Shown here one piece after another: positions 51,078 through 63,504 of a DNA stretch of 64,000 bases. Source of the DNA: Pristiophorus japonicus (Eukaryota); contig NC_091987.1 of NCBI RefSeq assembly GCF_044704955.1, forward strand, positions 40,920,001 to 40,984,000, read 5' to 3'. The notes beneath the pieces were generated by a model. That model saw only the letters and a program-made list of their open reading frames with translations. It was not told the DNA's origin and made no database searches. The stretch's first letter is position 1; every line of letters starts with the position of its first letter. Position numbers and translations under genes: made by a program.

Positions 51078-51345
51078 TGTAAAGTCCTGACCCTGCAGTA
51101 CAGACTTACACGAGGCACATGCTGAAGTCAAGGTCACTCAGGACCTGCACCTTTATTTCACAGCTCTCGAATGCCACACTTGTCTGAGACCTGCCTTTAT
51201 ATACCTGTGTGGAACAGGTATCCAGTGTCTCCTGCAAGTGCACCCCTGGTGGTAAGGTATGCTTATGGTTACAGGTCATATCTGGTTACAGTCATGTATA
51301 GCATGGTAAGATTCAGTTATGTATAGTAGTGTGCGATACATGATA
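51078..51345 (-). repeat. 5' LTR of the Gypsy element
   Basis: Direct repeat of 48234-48497; the plus-strand terminal CA has mutated to TA. Minus-strand TATATAAA and AATAAA are present. Confidence 0.93.
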
Positions 51346-52431
51346 AAAAGTGTGCTACCTAACTTTGGCATAATGAAAGAATATGTGTAAAGGGTAATGC
51401 TTGAAATGCTACTTCCCAGGAGATGCTGTACTTCCCAACATATGTTAGCGACCTCATAATTAATGTGTGCAAAATTCAGAAGCACATTTACTTTTACCTT
51501 CATCCTGATACCAGCAAATGTATACCAGCCACCTCCATTGGTGCAGCTCCTGCAGCAGGACTTCCAACTCCGGCACAAAAGGGAACAGTGCTGTTCACAC
51601 ATCACTGTGCCATGCTAACAAATAATTTACTTTTCTGCCTCTTTCGTGATAAGATGCTGCCTTACTGGATGATGCACTCCCCAGCCTAGTGTGCTACAGG
51701 TCAATGTATCTGGGCAAGCTTTTCATGTGTCAGTCACTTATTCAAATTAAGAGCAAGGACTTTTGCTGCAAAATTTAGTCCAGATGGCCCTCTTTGCTGC
51801 CTCTTGCACATGGATATTTTCAGTCCCTCTGAAGCAGTGTCAACACTAGATGAGTCAATGCTTGGTTTGAATCATATTTTGCTTTATTCTAAATGAAAAT
51901 GAAGCAGAACAATAGGTATGATCAGAGCTGTTTAATTTAATTGGTACAATGTACATGTGCATAATAATGCAGAACAAAGGACACACAATGCTATCTCTAC
52001 TTCAGTGGGTTATCTTACTTAACTTCAACAGAATTATCTCTTTGCACCATGCCTTCAGGCCAGGGCAGAACACACTCTCCATGCAGTACTCCACCTTTCA
52101 GTCTTTTGCTATCTACCTGCCTGTCTGTGCAACCTTCTCTTTCCAAAAGGCGTACCACCTTCCTTGGTGTTTTTTAAAAGCCTCCCATTCTTTCTCAAGG
52201 TGACTTTCCAAATACTCAGGTAAACTAAGAAGTCACTTATTGTTTAGTCTCTGCGAGAAGTAACTTCCAATAAGCACCTTTCATCTAGGCATCTCTTTTT
52301 TTTTTAAAACTCGCCTTTAAAAATCCAGCAATAAAAGTAATTATTTTTCCAATTCCGTTCTGTGGTGAAATTGTCAAAGAAATTCAAAAACATGACAAAG
52401 AATTTTCCTATTTTTGCAAAATCAGAGCTTT

Positions 52432-52590
52432 TATTTGTATCTCCTCTTCCCACGCAGTATGAACAGCTCTCCTGCGGGGAAAGTGCCCTTCCGTGCCAAA
52501 TATGGCAACTCGCCTTTCATTCACTTCATGTATCTCCAGCTCCACAGCTGCATTGAGGAATGAAGGGGTTCTTTGGATATGCTAAGCCAT
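52432..52590 (-). pseudogene. Harbinger Myb/SANT-like DNA-binding protein relic
   Basis: Minus frame MA*HIQRTPSFLNAAVELEIHEVNERRVAIFGTEGHFPRRRAVHTAWEEEI fits the pattern R.P.FS..ELE.L..EV..R...LFG...AWEEI. Confidence 0.6.
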
Positions 52591-53526
52591 CATTGAACCA
52601 ATTCAAACACTTTTGCCTCCTTCCTTCGCCTGCACTGCAAAGTGCTTCACATTTAATGTGCAGCTGCAACCATTTACGAAGTGCAGCTATGCAATATTTT
52701 CAAACCCCTTCCCTCACAGTCACTGAGCTGCCAGCTCTGGCCTAATTCAGGCTAGAAGTTGACTGTCAATGTAGAATGAAGCTGACTCCACCCACACAAT
52801 CCCACAGGTCAGCTTGTAGCGCTCTGATCCTGTAATCAGAATCCTGGGACTAGAAATATTCCCTATGATATATGCAAGTTACATGAACAGCAGAAGCAGG
52901 ATATATTTGTATATCCAAATATTTTTGTAAGATTTTTACCTTGTTTCTATAATTATGATCTATCTATACAGTGATTATTTTTTACTTTCAAGAAAGATTT
53001 ATGTTATGCTTGAACTTAATAACGTTCCTCAGGCGTGCCTTGCTTTTCTGAAATCATTAAAATAATCCATTCTTCAGTTCTCCATTGGACCACGATCTTT
53101 GTCTGCTCTTTGATTTCCAGGCCGAGCTTTGGTTTGACCACTTTCTATTTTCATGGTGTACCCTATCTTTGCTTTCACCCGACTCATGTGGAAGATAATC
53201 AGTAACATGGATTATTGGGCTGAAGAACCTGTTTTTGTGTTGTAATTTCTATGTAATTCACCCCACGCTGCTCTCAATTCTCAGTCATAACTTTGCTCTG
53301 ACTCTTATTTAATCTTAGTTCTGATCCCTATTTAGTCAATGTTCTCAGACTCGCCTGATTTTGTTTGGGAGAGAAAACTGAACTATGGTTTTCATCCCTT
53401 TTCTGAATTAGAATGCAGGTTCTGATAATTCAGAAGCATATAGGTTAAATGTATGCATACATACATAACACTCATTGACATTTTGTGATAAGAATGTAGA
53501 ATTCTTCACTGTTTGTTAGGTTCTAA

Positions 53527-54150
53527 GGGCCTGAAATTGGTGAAGGCCAAGGCTTGCCCAAAGGACCGCTGGTGGCCGCCGAGAGACAGGACAGTACTTT
53601 GCCAGGAAGAGGCGGCAGTACCGCCCTGCGGCCAAATAACGGCTTACGCCGTCAATCTGGGCAGCAGCGGGCAGGAGCTCTCAATCTCATCAACAAATGT
53701 GATTGCTGCCCAAGTGCCGCCGAGGATGGAGTCGAGCCCAGGAAGGGTGGAAGAACTGAAAATAAAATTCATCACCAAAAAAAACCCACCGGAAGGCATT
53801 CAGGGGAGCCCATACAGGTAAGATGCTGTAAAAAAATAATTAACAGATGTTCACTGACCTTTTTTTGCAGGTCTTCGTACTTACTGTCGGTGTTAGACCT
53901 GCCACCAAGCAGCGGTCCTTCCCCTTGCTGCCACCAACTCCTGCCGACTCCCTCCCGCACCAAACTGGCAGCTCGGGGGCAGGAGGACACTTGTGCTACT
54001 TGGCCATCAGCGGACGGTTCCCGGCGGTACTCCCCTCCCGCCGGCTGCAGCCCGAGTGGAAACTGGCACAGAGGGGAGACCAGCGGCAAAACTTGGCGGC
54101 AGTCGGCGGCATCCGGCGGCAGTGGGCAGTAAGGACACCAATTTCGGGCC
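53527..54150. mobile_element. MITE / non-autonomous DNA transposon, Harbinger-like termini
   Basis: TIRs GGCCTGAAATTGGTG and CACCAATTTCGGGCC (14/15 match), with TAA(G) duplicated on both flanks. GC/CpG-rich interior with no recognisable coding sequence. Confidence 0.75.
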
Positions 54151-54180
54151 TAAGCTAGTTCAAAATGAACATTCAATTTA

Positions 54181-54587
54181 ATTGGAGTTTAGAAGAATGA
54201 GAGGTGATGTCATTGAAACATATAAGATTCTGAGAAGGCTTGATAGGTAGATGCTGAGAGGCTGTTTCCCCTGGCTCAAGAGTCGAGAACGAGGGGGCAT
54301 AGTCTCAGGATAAGGGGTCGATATTTAGGATTGAGATGAGGAGAAATTTCCTCACAGAGAGTTATGAATTTATGGAATTCCCGACCCCAGAGGGTTGTGG
54401 ATGTTCAGTCGTTGAGTATATTCAAGACTGAAAGCGATAGATCTTTGAATTCTAAGGGAATCAAGGGATACAAGAATACTGCAGGAAAGTGGATTTGAGG
54501 TTAAAGGTCAGCCATGATCTTATTGAATGGCGAAGTAGGCTCGAGAGGCTGTAGGGGCTACTCCTGATCCTATTTCTCGTGTTCTTA
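54181..54587 (+). mobile_element. CR1 3' fragment
   Basis: TTGGAGTTTAGAAGAATGAGAGGTGAT (LEFRRMRGD) through to the CR1 3' UTR. Confidence 0.85.
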
Positions 54588-54661
54588 AATGGATCATCTT
54601 TTCCGATCATAAAGATCACAGAAGCAAGTTTAATATTGTAGTTATTAACCAATACTTTAGC

Positions 54662-54970
54662 TGCAATGCCTCAGTTTCAAAATTCTCATCCTTGCTTTCA
54701 AATCCCTCCATGGTCTCACCCCTTCCTATCTCTGTAATCTCCTCCAGCCCCACAATCCCCTGAGATATCTGCGCTCCTCTAATTCTGCTCTCTTGAGCAT
54801 CCCTGATTATAATCATTCAACCATTTGGGGCCTTCTGTTGCCTAGGCCCTGAGCTCTGGAATTCCATACCTAAACCTCGCCGCCTCTCTACCTCTCTTTC
54901 CGACTTGAAGATGCTCCTTAAAACCTACCTCTTTGACCAAGCTTTTGGTCACCTGCCCTCATTTCTCCTA
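54662..54970 (+). mobile_element. L2 3' fragment
   Basis: TTTCAAAATTCTCATCCTTG...AAAACCTACCTCTTTGACCAAGCTTTTGG, homologous to 16220-16500. Confidence 0.82.
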
Positions 54971-55768
54971 ACTTAGAATGGAGTAAGTGTAGATTTTTGT
55001 ACGCTCAGAAAAACCTTGATTTATAAATTTATACTTCATTTATAAACATATACTACATTTATAAATCAGGCGTAGGGATCGAGAGATGGGGGGGCAGGGG
55101 GGTGGGAAGGAAGGGAGGTTTACAAATATTAAACACTTCAGTTTTACAAATAAAGAGCCATCATCAATAATAAATGATAAATAAATCAATAAATCAACCA
55201 ATAAATCAATCAAAAAAAATTAAAAAATTAAAAATTTAAAAAAAAATAATAAAATCACTCAATAAATAAAAAATTATTTCTACTCAATCACTGCAGTACC
55301 GGGGAGAAGGGGGGCTGGAGAAGAGAGGGGGGGAGAAGAGAAGGAGGGGCGGAGAAGAGAGGGACGGGGGGAGAAGAAGATGATCGGGGGTGGGTGGGGA
55401 GAAGAAGACGAAGAAGCCGGGCCCATGCCGAGGACTTAGGGCAGGGCAAATGCATGGTAAGCGGTGTCAGGCCACTCGGCCAGGGATAGGGGCGACGTCC
55501 CTTCGGCCAGGGGATAGGGTCGTCGCCCGGAGACAGGATTCGCTGGGAGGGCCGGGAGCTACTGTGCACGCGCGCAGCTGCCGGCACTGTTTTTGCTGCA
55601 GGGTTGTAGCTCCGCCCCCAACAGCTCATGCTGCGCAGCGCCGAGCTGGAAATGGGCCTACAGATATCGGAAAATTGCGAGGTAAGTATTCGGCGCAATT
55701 TTTGTTCTACAAATTAGGTGGGCCTCTCCGATGTGCGCCGTTCTAGTGGGGTCCGAAACTGGAGCCCA
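54971..55768. mobile_element. Partial interspersed element with AT-rich and GC-rich blocks, probably a non-autonomous DNA transposon
   Basis: Sharp compositional block with a terminus-like GAAACTGGAGCCC at the right end. No left TIR seen. Confidence 0.35.
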
Positions 55769-55785
55769 TAGTGTCCCTGTGGCCC

Positions 55786-57143
55786 ATAGAAACATAGAAA
55801 ATAGGTGCAGGAGTAGGCCATTCGGTCCTTTGAGCCTGCACCACCATGTAGTGAGATCATGGCTGATCATTCACCTCCATACCCCTTGATCCCTTTAGCT
55901 GTAAGGGCCATATCTAACTCCCTCTTGAATATATCCAATGAACTGGCATCAACAACTCTGCTGTAGAGAATTCCACAGGTTAACAACTCTCTGAGTGAAG
56001 AAGTTTCTCCTCATCTCAGTCCTAAATGGCTTACCCCTTATCCTAAGACTGTGTCCCCTGGTTCTGGACTTCTCCAACATCGGGAACATTCTTCCTGCAT
56101 CTAACCTGTCCAGTCCCGTCAACATTTTATATGTTTCTCTGAGATCCCCTCTCATCCTTCTAAACTCTAGTGAATACAGGCCCAGTCAATCCAGTCTCTC
56201 CTCATTTGTCAGTCCTGCCATCCCGGGAATCAGTCTGGTGAACCTTCGTTGCACTCCCTCAATATCAAGAACATCCTTCCTCAGATTAGGAGGCCAAAAT
56301 TGAACACAATATTCCAGGTGAGGCCTCACCAAGGCCCTGTACAACTGCAGTAAGACCTCCCTGCTCCTATACTCAAATCCCCTAGCTATGAAGGCCAACA
56401 TACCATTTGCCTTCTTCACCGCCTGCTGTACCTGCATGCCAACTTTCAATGACTGATGTACCATGACACCCAGGTTTCATTGCACCTCCCCTTTTCCCAA
56501 TCAGCTGCCATTCAGATAAAATTCTGCCTTCGTGGTTTTGCCCCCAAAGTGGATAACCTTACATTTATCCACATTATACTGCATCTGCCATGCATTTTCC
56601 CACTCACATAACCTTTCCAAAACACCCCGCAGCCTCTTAGTGTCCTCCTCACAGCTCACACGCCACCCACCTTAGTGTCATCTGCAAACTTGGAGATATT
56701 ACATTCAATTCCTTCATCTAAATCATTAATGTATATTGTAAATAGCTGGGGTCCCAGCACTGAGCCCTGTGGCACCTCACTAGTCACTGCCTGCCATTCT
56801 GAAAAGGACCCATTTATCCCAACTCTCTGTTTCCTGTCTGCCAACCAGTTCTCTATCCACATCAGTACATTACCCCCAATACCATGTGCTTTAATTTTGC
56901 ACACCAATCTCTTGTGTGGGACCTTGTCAAAAGCTTTTTGAAAGTCCAAATACACCACATCCACTGGTTCTCCCTTGTCCACTCTTCTAGTTACATCCTC
57001 ACAAAATTTCAAAAGATTTATCAAGCATGATTTCCCTTTCATAAATCCATGCTGACTTGGACCGATCCTGTCATTGCTTTCCAAATGCGCTGCTATTTCA
57101 TCTTTAATAATTGATTCCAACATTTTCCCCACTACTGATGTCA
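55786..57143 (-). mobile_element. 5'-truncated CR1 (subfamily A)
   Basis: ORF 56656-57153 has [13 protein letters not shown] and FADDTK; tail CATAGAAACATAGAAA at 55786. Confidence 0.92.
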
Positions 57144-58651
57144 TACACACCATTTGCTTTATACTTTAGTACAGTAAGTAGTTCTAATAAATTCTTCCAC
57201 TTCCAAAAGTAAAATTATTAATCACAAATCTTAGTATACTTTTTCCTTACATAAAACCTTGGTTTCATTCTCTTCCTTCTCCCTCTCAAACCTAATATCA
57301 ACTCAAATCATATGGTCTCTATTCACAAAATGATCCCTTACTGTCAAATTATTATTTAATTCTGGTACTACATCATACCATTTACACTGAATTTGTGTTT
57401 CTAACTCATTTGTTTTATTTCTCTTGCTATGTTAATTTGTTTACAGAATTCTTATTTTGGTAACTATCCCTTCACTGGCCATATGCATCAATGTTGTTTT
57501 TCCTGCACTTCAGGACTTATCTCACTCTTTGCTGTTGATGTTCTTTACTTATTAATCTGTTCTTATTTTTCACCACCTCTGTTTTATTTTTTTAACAGGT
57601 TTTGTTATTACTTCCTATAGCCATTTCCGTTCTCAGATTATTCATGTTATATTAAATTTATATTTACATTAAAATATTTCAGCCCATATCTCTTAGGCCA
57701 CATTCCTTAGAACCATGATCACATTTTGAAGTATTAATGGAAGAAAATATAGTTCGGAATACTTATCCGGTATATATGGCCACTCTTTTGAGAATGACTG
57801 ACTTCTCAGTTGTCAGTTCGTGAAGAGGTCAGTCATTCTTAATCTGAAGAGCAGTTAAGTTTTTATACAGTGTTAGTGGATGGATTTTTGTGTGACAGGA
57901 GTCAATAAATGATTCTCACTTTCAGGAATAAATTAAATTATAGCTGACTTATCAGCGGTAACTATTAATTTGAATGCGTGGACTACTACGGCCTGGAATT
58001 GCTTAAGGCTGCCACTGGCAGGGATCGCAGATGAATGCTTTAGCAGGGGAGAGCTAGGGGATAACATGGCATGGGAAAGAGCTGTCCAGTGGGTGTGGGA
58101 GATGAGTGAAGGCTGTTGGTGGGGCTTGAGTTAAGATCACCAATGATGGCCCATAGTGCTGAACCACACTTGACAGTTGTTCAATGACTTCTGTCAATTT
58201 TATTACAACAATGTCAGGGATGACTGACAGCGTTGGTCTGAAACCATCAAAAGCCGTTGAGACTTGGAAAACTTGACCTCTGTTTGTAAATATACAGTAG
58301 ATATGACTAAATTAAATAACCTTCCTCAAATGTTTAAGGAAATCATTGTTTCAATGGGAAAATGATCGAGCACATTGCAGGCATTAATTGGCAATCAATA
58401 AACCAATTCATTTCAAACCCCCCCCGCCCCCGCTTTCATTGTTTACATATCAGCACTTTACCCCAGGAGAAAATCAATATCAATGATAATGAAGTAATTC
58501 AAAGGCATTTTGCAAATACCTGAACCTCATTTTCACTGAGGTTTACACAATGCAGAAAATGTAAGTCCTGTAATCAAATTGTTGAATACCAGCAGATGTA
58601 CACTAATGCATTGTATAAATTTCCTTTCTTCAGTTTTAGCAGAGGCATGAA

Positions 58652-59273
58652 GGCCTAGAAATTGGCCTCCTTAGCGCCTCCCGTTATCGCCTCTCGGGGT
58701 CGATAACAGGACGCTAACGACGTATCGACCAGGCACGGCGAGTTGAACGACTCCCGCTAACTTGGCCGGGAGATTTGCGGTGACGGTAAGATGCACCACA
58801 ATCTCCTGCGCCCGGAGATCGTGCATCATTGCCGAGCGCTTCGGCCCGGTAGCCCCCCAGACCCAAGCTTCAGTTCCGCCCCCTGTACCAATCGCTGGGC
58901 GACAACACCAACAGCTGCAGGAGGCGATATTCGGGAGGCCGGGAGCTTCGGGGGTGGAAGTTAAAAGGGGGGTAGCCAAAAATGTCAAAATTTCCAATTT
59001 TTTCCATTCCTCTTCGACCTGGATCGATCCATCTGGCACTCTGCTGCAAGCGGCTGATCGGGCCAGATCACGACTGCTGTCGGGCACAAGCTCACTGGTC
59101 CCAATGTAGAGCTTGCAGCGATGGCCCTTCCATTTAAGGGATGGAAGGAGCCTTGGAACACGGCAGTGCTGCATGGCCCATTGTGCCTCGCCTGCGTCCT
59201 TTAGCGCTCCAGGAAGGTGGCACTAATTTTCCCAGCTTTTAAAATTTATGGGTCGCTTCCGAATTTCTCCCCC
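58652..59273. mobile_element. MITE-like non-autonomous DNA transposon
   Basis: CpG-rich block of about 620 bp bounded by GGCCTAGAAATTGG and CGAATTTCTCCCCC, imperfect TIRs similar to those at 53527-54150. Confidence 0.55.
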
Positions 59274-59470
59274 TAAATAGAAGAATTTCAGATAAATATA
59301 TTACCATTCGTCCACTATTGCCTCATGGTCTAATTTCAGGCAAATAATCTTTCACAAGCAAAAAGAATAACTGTGTTGAGAGGTTACAAATGGTGTGCAC
59401 TTTGAAGTAATGAGGCTCTGGTCTGCTTCACTTGAATTGTTTCCCAATCATGGTGAGGATTTAATTAAAA

Positions 59471-59580
59471 AAGAAAGAACTTGCATTTATATTGCACCTT
59501 TCATGAACTTAGGACGTCCCAAAGCACTTCACAGCCAATTAAGCACTTTAGAAGTGAAGGCACTGCTGTAATGTGGGAAA
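59471..59580 (-). mobile_element. SacSINE1-like SINE 3' fragment
   Basis: ACTTGCATTTATA...CCCAAAGCACTTCACAGCCAATTAAG...TGTGGGAAA matches 13109-13210. Confidence 0.7.
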
Positions 59581-60884
59581 GTGAGGAGAAATCCTGTTAT
59601 TGTATATTAATCTTTATATGTAATATTTTCTTAAGGTTCCTAAAAGTTAAATGTGTGTTGAATTTCTGAATGTATATTACTGGTATTGGTTCTCTGCCCC
59701 CAGCTGACATATTGGAAATGATATGTGCATCCATGATTGTCCATCTATCTAAGAATTGTGAAATTGTGACCACCCCACCCACAATTTCTTGATATGCAGG
59801 TGACGATCCCTGCTAGCACACATTTGGAAAATCAGAACTAATGCTGCATTATAATGTATAAAACAAGGTAAACGTGGAATTAAGGGAAAACAGTACTTCA
59901 GAACAATATTTCTGTCTTATTATGCACCTCATTATGTGGTTTACATAAGTAATTTAAGTAAATTACTTGAACAACTTAATAGCTGGTGAAGACTGTTTAG
60001 AGATGCAACTTCCAAATTGACTTCAATCATGCTACATGCACTGATTCAATATTATTGATTTGCAGCACCGGCAAACAAGAAAAGGTGTTTTGGAATGTTT
60101 TGTTTGGGGTAATCAACCAAGGTGCTGGCCTGGAAAAGGGCAGGCTGGAAGGGACACGCCCCATAAAAACCATGCTGGTGCCCTCCAAAATTCTGAGGAT
60201 GGGGCTACAGAGAGACACAGAATAATTTATGCAGCTCAAGTGCACCAGATGAACGTGAACACTGGATTGTGCTGCTGAGGAGTGCTTCAATGACTTTGCA
60301 AATGAATGTAAGCAAGTAGGCGAAGAAAGATGTGAACAGTGTTTACATACTGCTATTGGATAATCCATCAGTAATACATCAAAGATCTTACATTTGCACT
60401 TCCTGTCTACAAAATATTACTTCCTGTGTCATTTTAATGTCACACTTCTGTTTGAATGTTTTCATTATAATATCCACATTTATAAAGAAACTACCATTGC
60501 AGACTTGTTGTGTTGTAAGAAAGCCCTCCTGCCAGTGGTGTTACTTTAGTATTTCAGTTGTGCTGCTGAGGAATATTTACAAAAATTGTTATAAATGTGC
60601 ACGCTAGTCCAATTATTCTGCTATCTTTGAACAACCTTCTCACCTGAAGGTTATATTTGGTCTTTCCTCTCTGTCAGGTTTTGGATTTTTTGACTGTTAT
60701 TTCCACAGAAAGGATTTGGAAAAAGTGTTACTTTAAAATGTTGGATTTTTATAACAAAATGCATTCACTCAAGTTAAAAAAGGCACTGAGACGTTACGTG
60801 GTTAAAATGCTAATGGGATATGATGTTGTTCCCCCATAGACTGTAAATACTAAGCAATTGCCGAATCTGTCTCAGTAGTTAATA

Positions 60885-62414
60885 GACTTGTGCTCCAGAA
60901 CTAGCCCCGCTTCTAGCCAAGTTGTTCCAGTATAGCTACAACACTGGCATCTATCCACCAATGTGGAAAACTGCCCGGATATGTCCTGTCCACAAAAATC
61001 AGGACAAATCCAATCCGGCCAATTAGTGCCCCATCAGTCTACTCTCAATCATCAGCAAAATGATGGAAGGTGTCGTCAACAGTGCTATCAAGTGGCACTT
61101 ACTCACCGATAACCTGCTCACCGCTGCTCAGTATGGGTTCTGCCAGGAGCACTCGGCTCCAGATGTCATTACAGCTTTGGTCCAAACATTGACAAAAGAG
61201 CTGAATTCCAGAGGTGAGGGGAGAGTGACTGCTTTTGACATCAAGGCAGCATTTAACCAAATGTAGCACCAAGGACCCCGAGTAAAACTGAATTCAATGG
61301 GAATTGGCGGGGTAGCGGGGGGAAACCTCTCCACTGGCTGGAGTCATACCTAACACAAAGGAAAATGGGGGTTGTAGTGTTTGGTGGTCAATCATCACAG
61401 CCCTAGAACATCACTGCAGGAGTTCCTCACAGGCAGTGTCCTTGGTCCAACCATCTTCAGCTGCTTCAACAATGACCTTCCCTCCATCATAAGGTCAGAA
61501 GTGGGGATGTTCACTGATGACTGCACAGTTTTCAGTGCCATTCGCAACTCCTCAGAGAATGGAACTGTCCATGCCTGCAAGCAGCAAGACCTGGACGACA
61601 TTCAGGCTTGGGCTGATATGTGGCAAGTAACAATCACACCACACAAGTGTCAGGCAATGACTATCTCCAACAAGTAAGAGTCTAACTGCCTCCCCTTGAC
61701 ATTCAACAGCATTACCATCACCAAATTCCCCACCATCAACATCCTGGGGGTCACCATTGACCAGAAACTTTGATGGACCAGCCACATAAATATTGTGACA
61801 ACAAGAGCAGGTCAGAGGCTGGGTATTCTGTGGTGTGTATCTCACCTCCTGACTCCCCAAAACCTTTCCACCATCTACAAGGCACAAGTCAGGAGTGTGA
61901 TGGAATACTCTCCCCTTGCCTGGATGAATGCAGCTCCAACAACACTCAAGAAACTCAATACCATACACGACAAAGCAGCCCACTTGATTGGCACCCCATC
62001 CATCACCTTGAACATTCACTCCCTCCACCACTGGTGTACCGTGGCTGCTGTGTGTACCATCTACAAGATGCACTGCAGCAACTCACCAAGGCTTCTTCGG
62101 CAGCACCTCCCAAACCCTCAACCTCCATCACCTAGAAGGACAAGGGCAGCAGGTGCATGGGCGCACCCCCACCTGCAAGTTCCCCTCCAAGTCAAACACC
62201 ATTCTAACTTGGAAATATATCACCGTTCCTTCATCGTCAATGGATCAAAATCCTGGAACTACCTCCCTAACAGCACTGTGGGAGTACCTTCACCACAGGG
62301 ACTGCAGCAGTTCAAGAAGGTGGCTCACCACCACCTTCTCGAGGGCATTTAGGGGTGGGCAATAAATGCTGGCCTTGCCAGCGATGTCCATATCCCAGAA
62401 TGAATAAAAGAAAA
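60885..62414 (+). mobile_element. Non-LTR retrotransposon (same lineage as 46023-46806), RT to 3' end
   Basis: AFDIKAAF, GSVLGPTIFSCFNNDL, MFTDDCT, LTPQNLSTIYKAQVRSVMEYSPLAW, and a matching 3' terminus. Confidence 0.85.
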
Positions 62415-62525
62415 CAGCAGACATGGCGTTGGAAAGTTTCAGGTTCCTTTCTGGTTGTGAACAGGAGCAGAAAAAAAAGAGACACAGACGTTCAAGTTTT
62501 AAAGAGAATGCTGCAAGGACAATTA

Positions 62526-62842
62526 ACAACAACTTGTATTTATATAGCACCTTTAACATAGTGAAACGTCCCAAGGCGCTTCACAGGAGTATTATGAGAT
62601 TTTAAAAAATGATACTGAGCCGCATAAGTAGAAATTAACGCAGGTTTCCAAAAGCTTGGTCAAAGAGGTAGGTTTTAAGGAGCATCTTGAAGGAAGAAAG
62701 AGAGGTAGAGAACCGCAGAGGTTTAGGAAGGGAATTCAGAGCTTCTGGGCCTAGGCAACAGAAGGCACGGCCACCAATGGTTGAGCGACTATAATCAGGG
62801 ATGCTCAAGAGAGCAGAATTAGAGGAGCACAGACATCTTGGG
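62526..62842 (-). mobile_element. L2 3' end fragment
   Basis: AACAACAACTTGTATTTATATAGCACC...CCCAAGGCGCTTCACAGGAG, homologous to 2989-3140. Confidence 0.85.
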
Positions 62843-63024
62843 TTAAGCCCAGCAAAGGTTAAAATTCAGTAAAGAAAGTAGAAGTTACTCTGTTTAATTA
62901 GACCAGGCTATGCAGCAATGTAGGAAAGTCTGGCGCATTCATTACTTGTAGGACTAGTTGATGATCGATGGTATTGCACAGGGTAAGTCAGTACCAAGTG
63001 TAATATTCAGATAAACCAGGATTA

Positions 63025-63504
63025 GGGAGTGGATGATCGTTGAAATATATGAAGAAGGAGGCAGATGGTTAGGTGGAGCAAAGGCAAGTGAAGAGGGAGG
63101 AATGTGGGGAGACAAAGGGAGATGGGGGGAGCAGGAGGAGATACAGGGGATAGGGAAAGGTGGAGGATGATTGAATGGGAGGGGGAGAAATGGTGAGTGG
63201 GAGAGGAAAGGAGAGGGAGAGAGAAAGAGAGGGAGGTAGCTGGGGAAGGCAGGGAGAGGAGAAGAGGGGAGTGAAAAGGGGAGAAGGAGATGGGGAGAGG
63301 GATGGAGAGGAAGAGGTGGAGAAGAGGCTGAGGAAAGGAGGGGACAGAGGGGAGAACATGAGGACAAGGGGAGAGAGTTAGCTGGGAGAAGATAGATGAG
63401 GAGGGGGGAGGGAGATGAATGAGAGGAAGGAAGGGAGGAGATAGGGACAGGAGAAAGGGGTAGGGGAGGGAGAGAAAGATAGTAGGATGAGAGGAGAAAA
63501 GGAA
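63025..63504 (+). repeat. Purine-rich (GA) low-complexity tract
   Basis: About 480 bp that is almost entirely G/A on the plus strand. Confidence 0.85.

Larger units (their letters stand above)
48234..51345 (-). mobile_element. Gypsy/Ty3 (Mag-like) LTR retrotransposon, internally deleted, 5-bp TSD AAAAG
   Basis: Two LTRs, PBS TGGCGACGAG (51076-51067), PPT TGGGGGAAGGTGA (48510-48498), and gag, RNase H and integrase remnants. AAAAG at 48229-48233 and 51346-51350. Confidence 0.95.

Noticed and set aside
53513-54181. Overlapping ORFs up to 192 aa (also 55288-55746 and 58671-59174)
   Set aside because: They lie in GC-rich MITE-like interiors, where stop-free frames arise by composition, and show no recognisable domains.
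60100-60330. Possible second Myb/SANT-like relic (GALQNSEDGATERHRIIY...CFNDF)
   Set aside because: Similarity is too weak and fragmented to support without a profile search.
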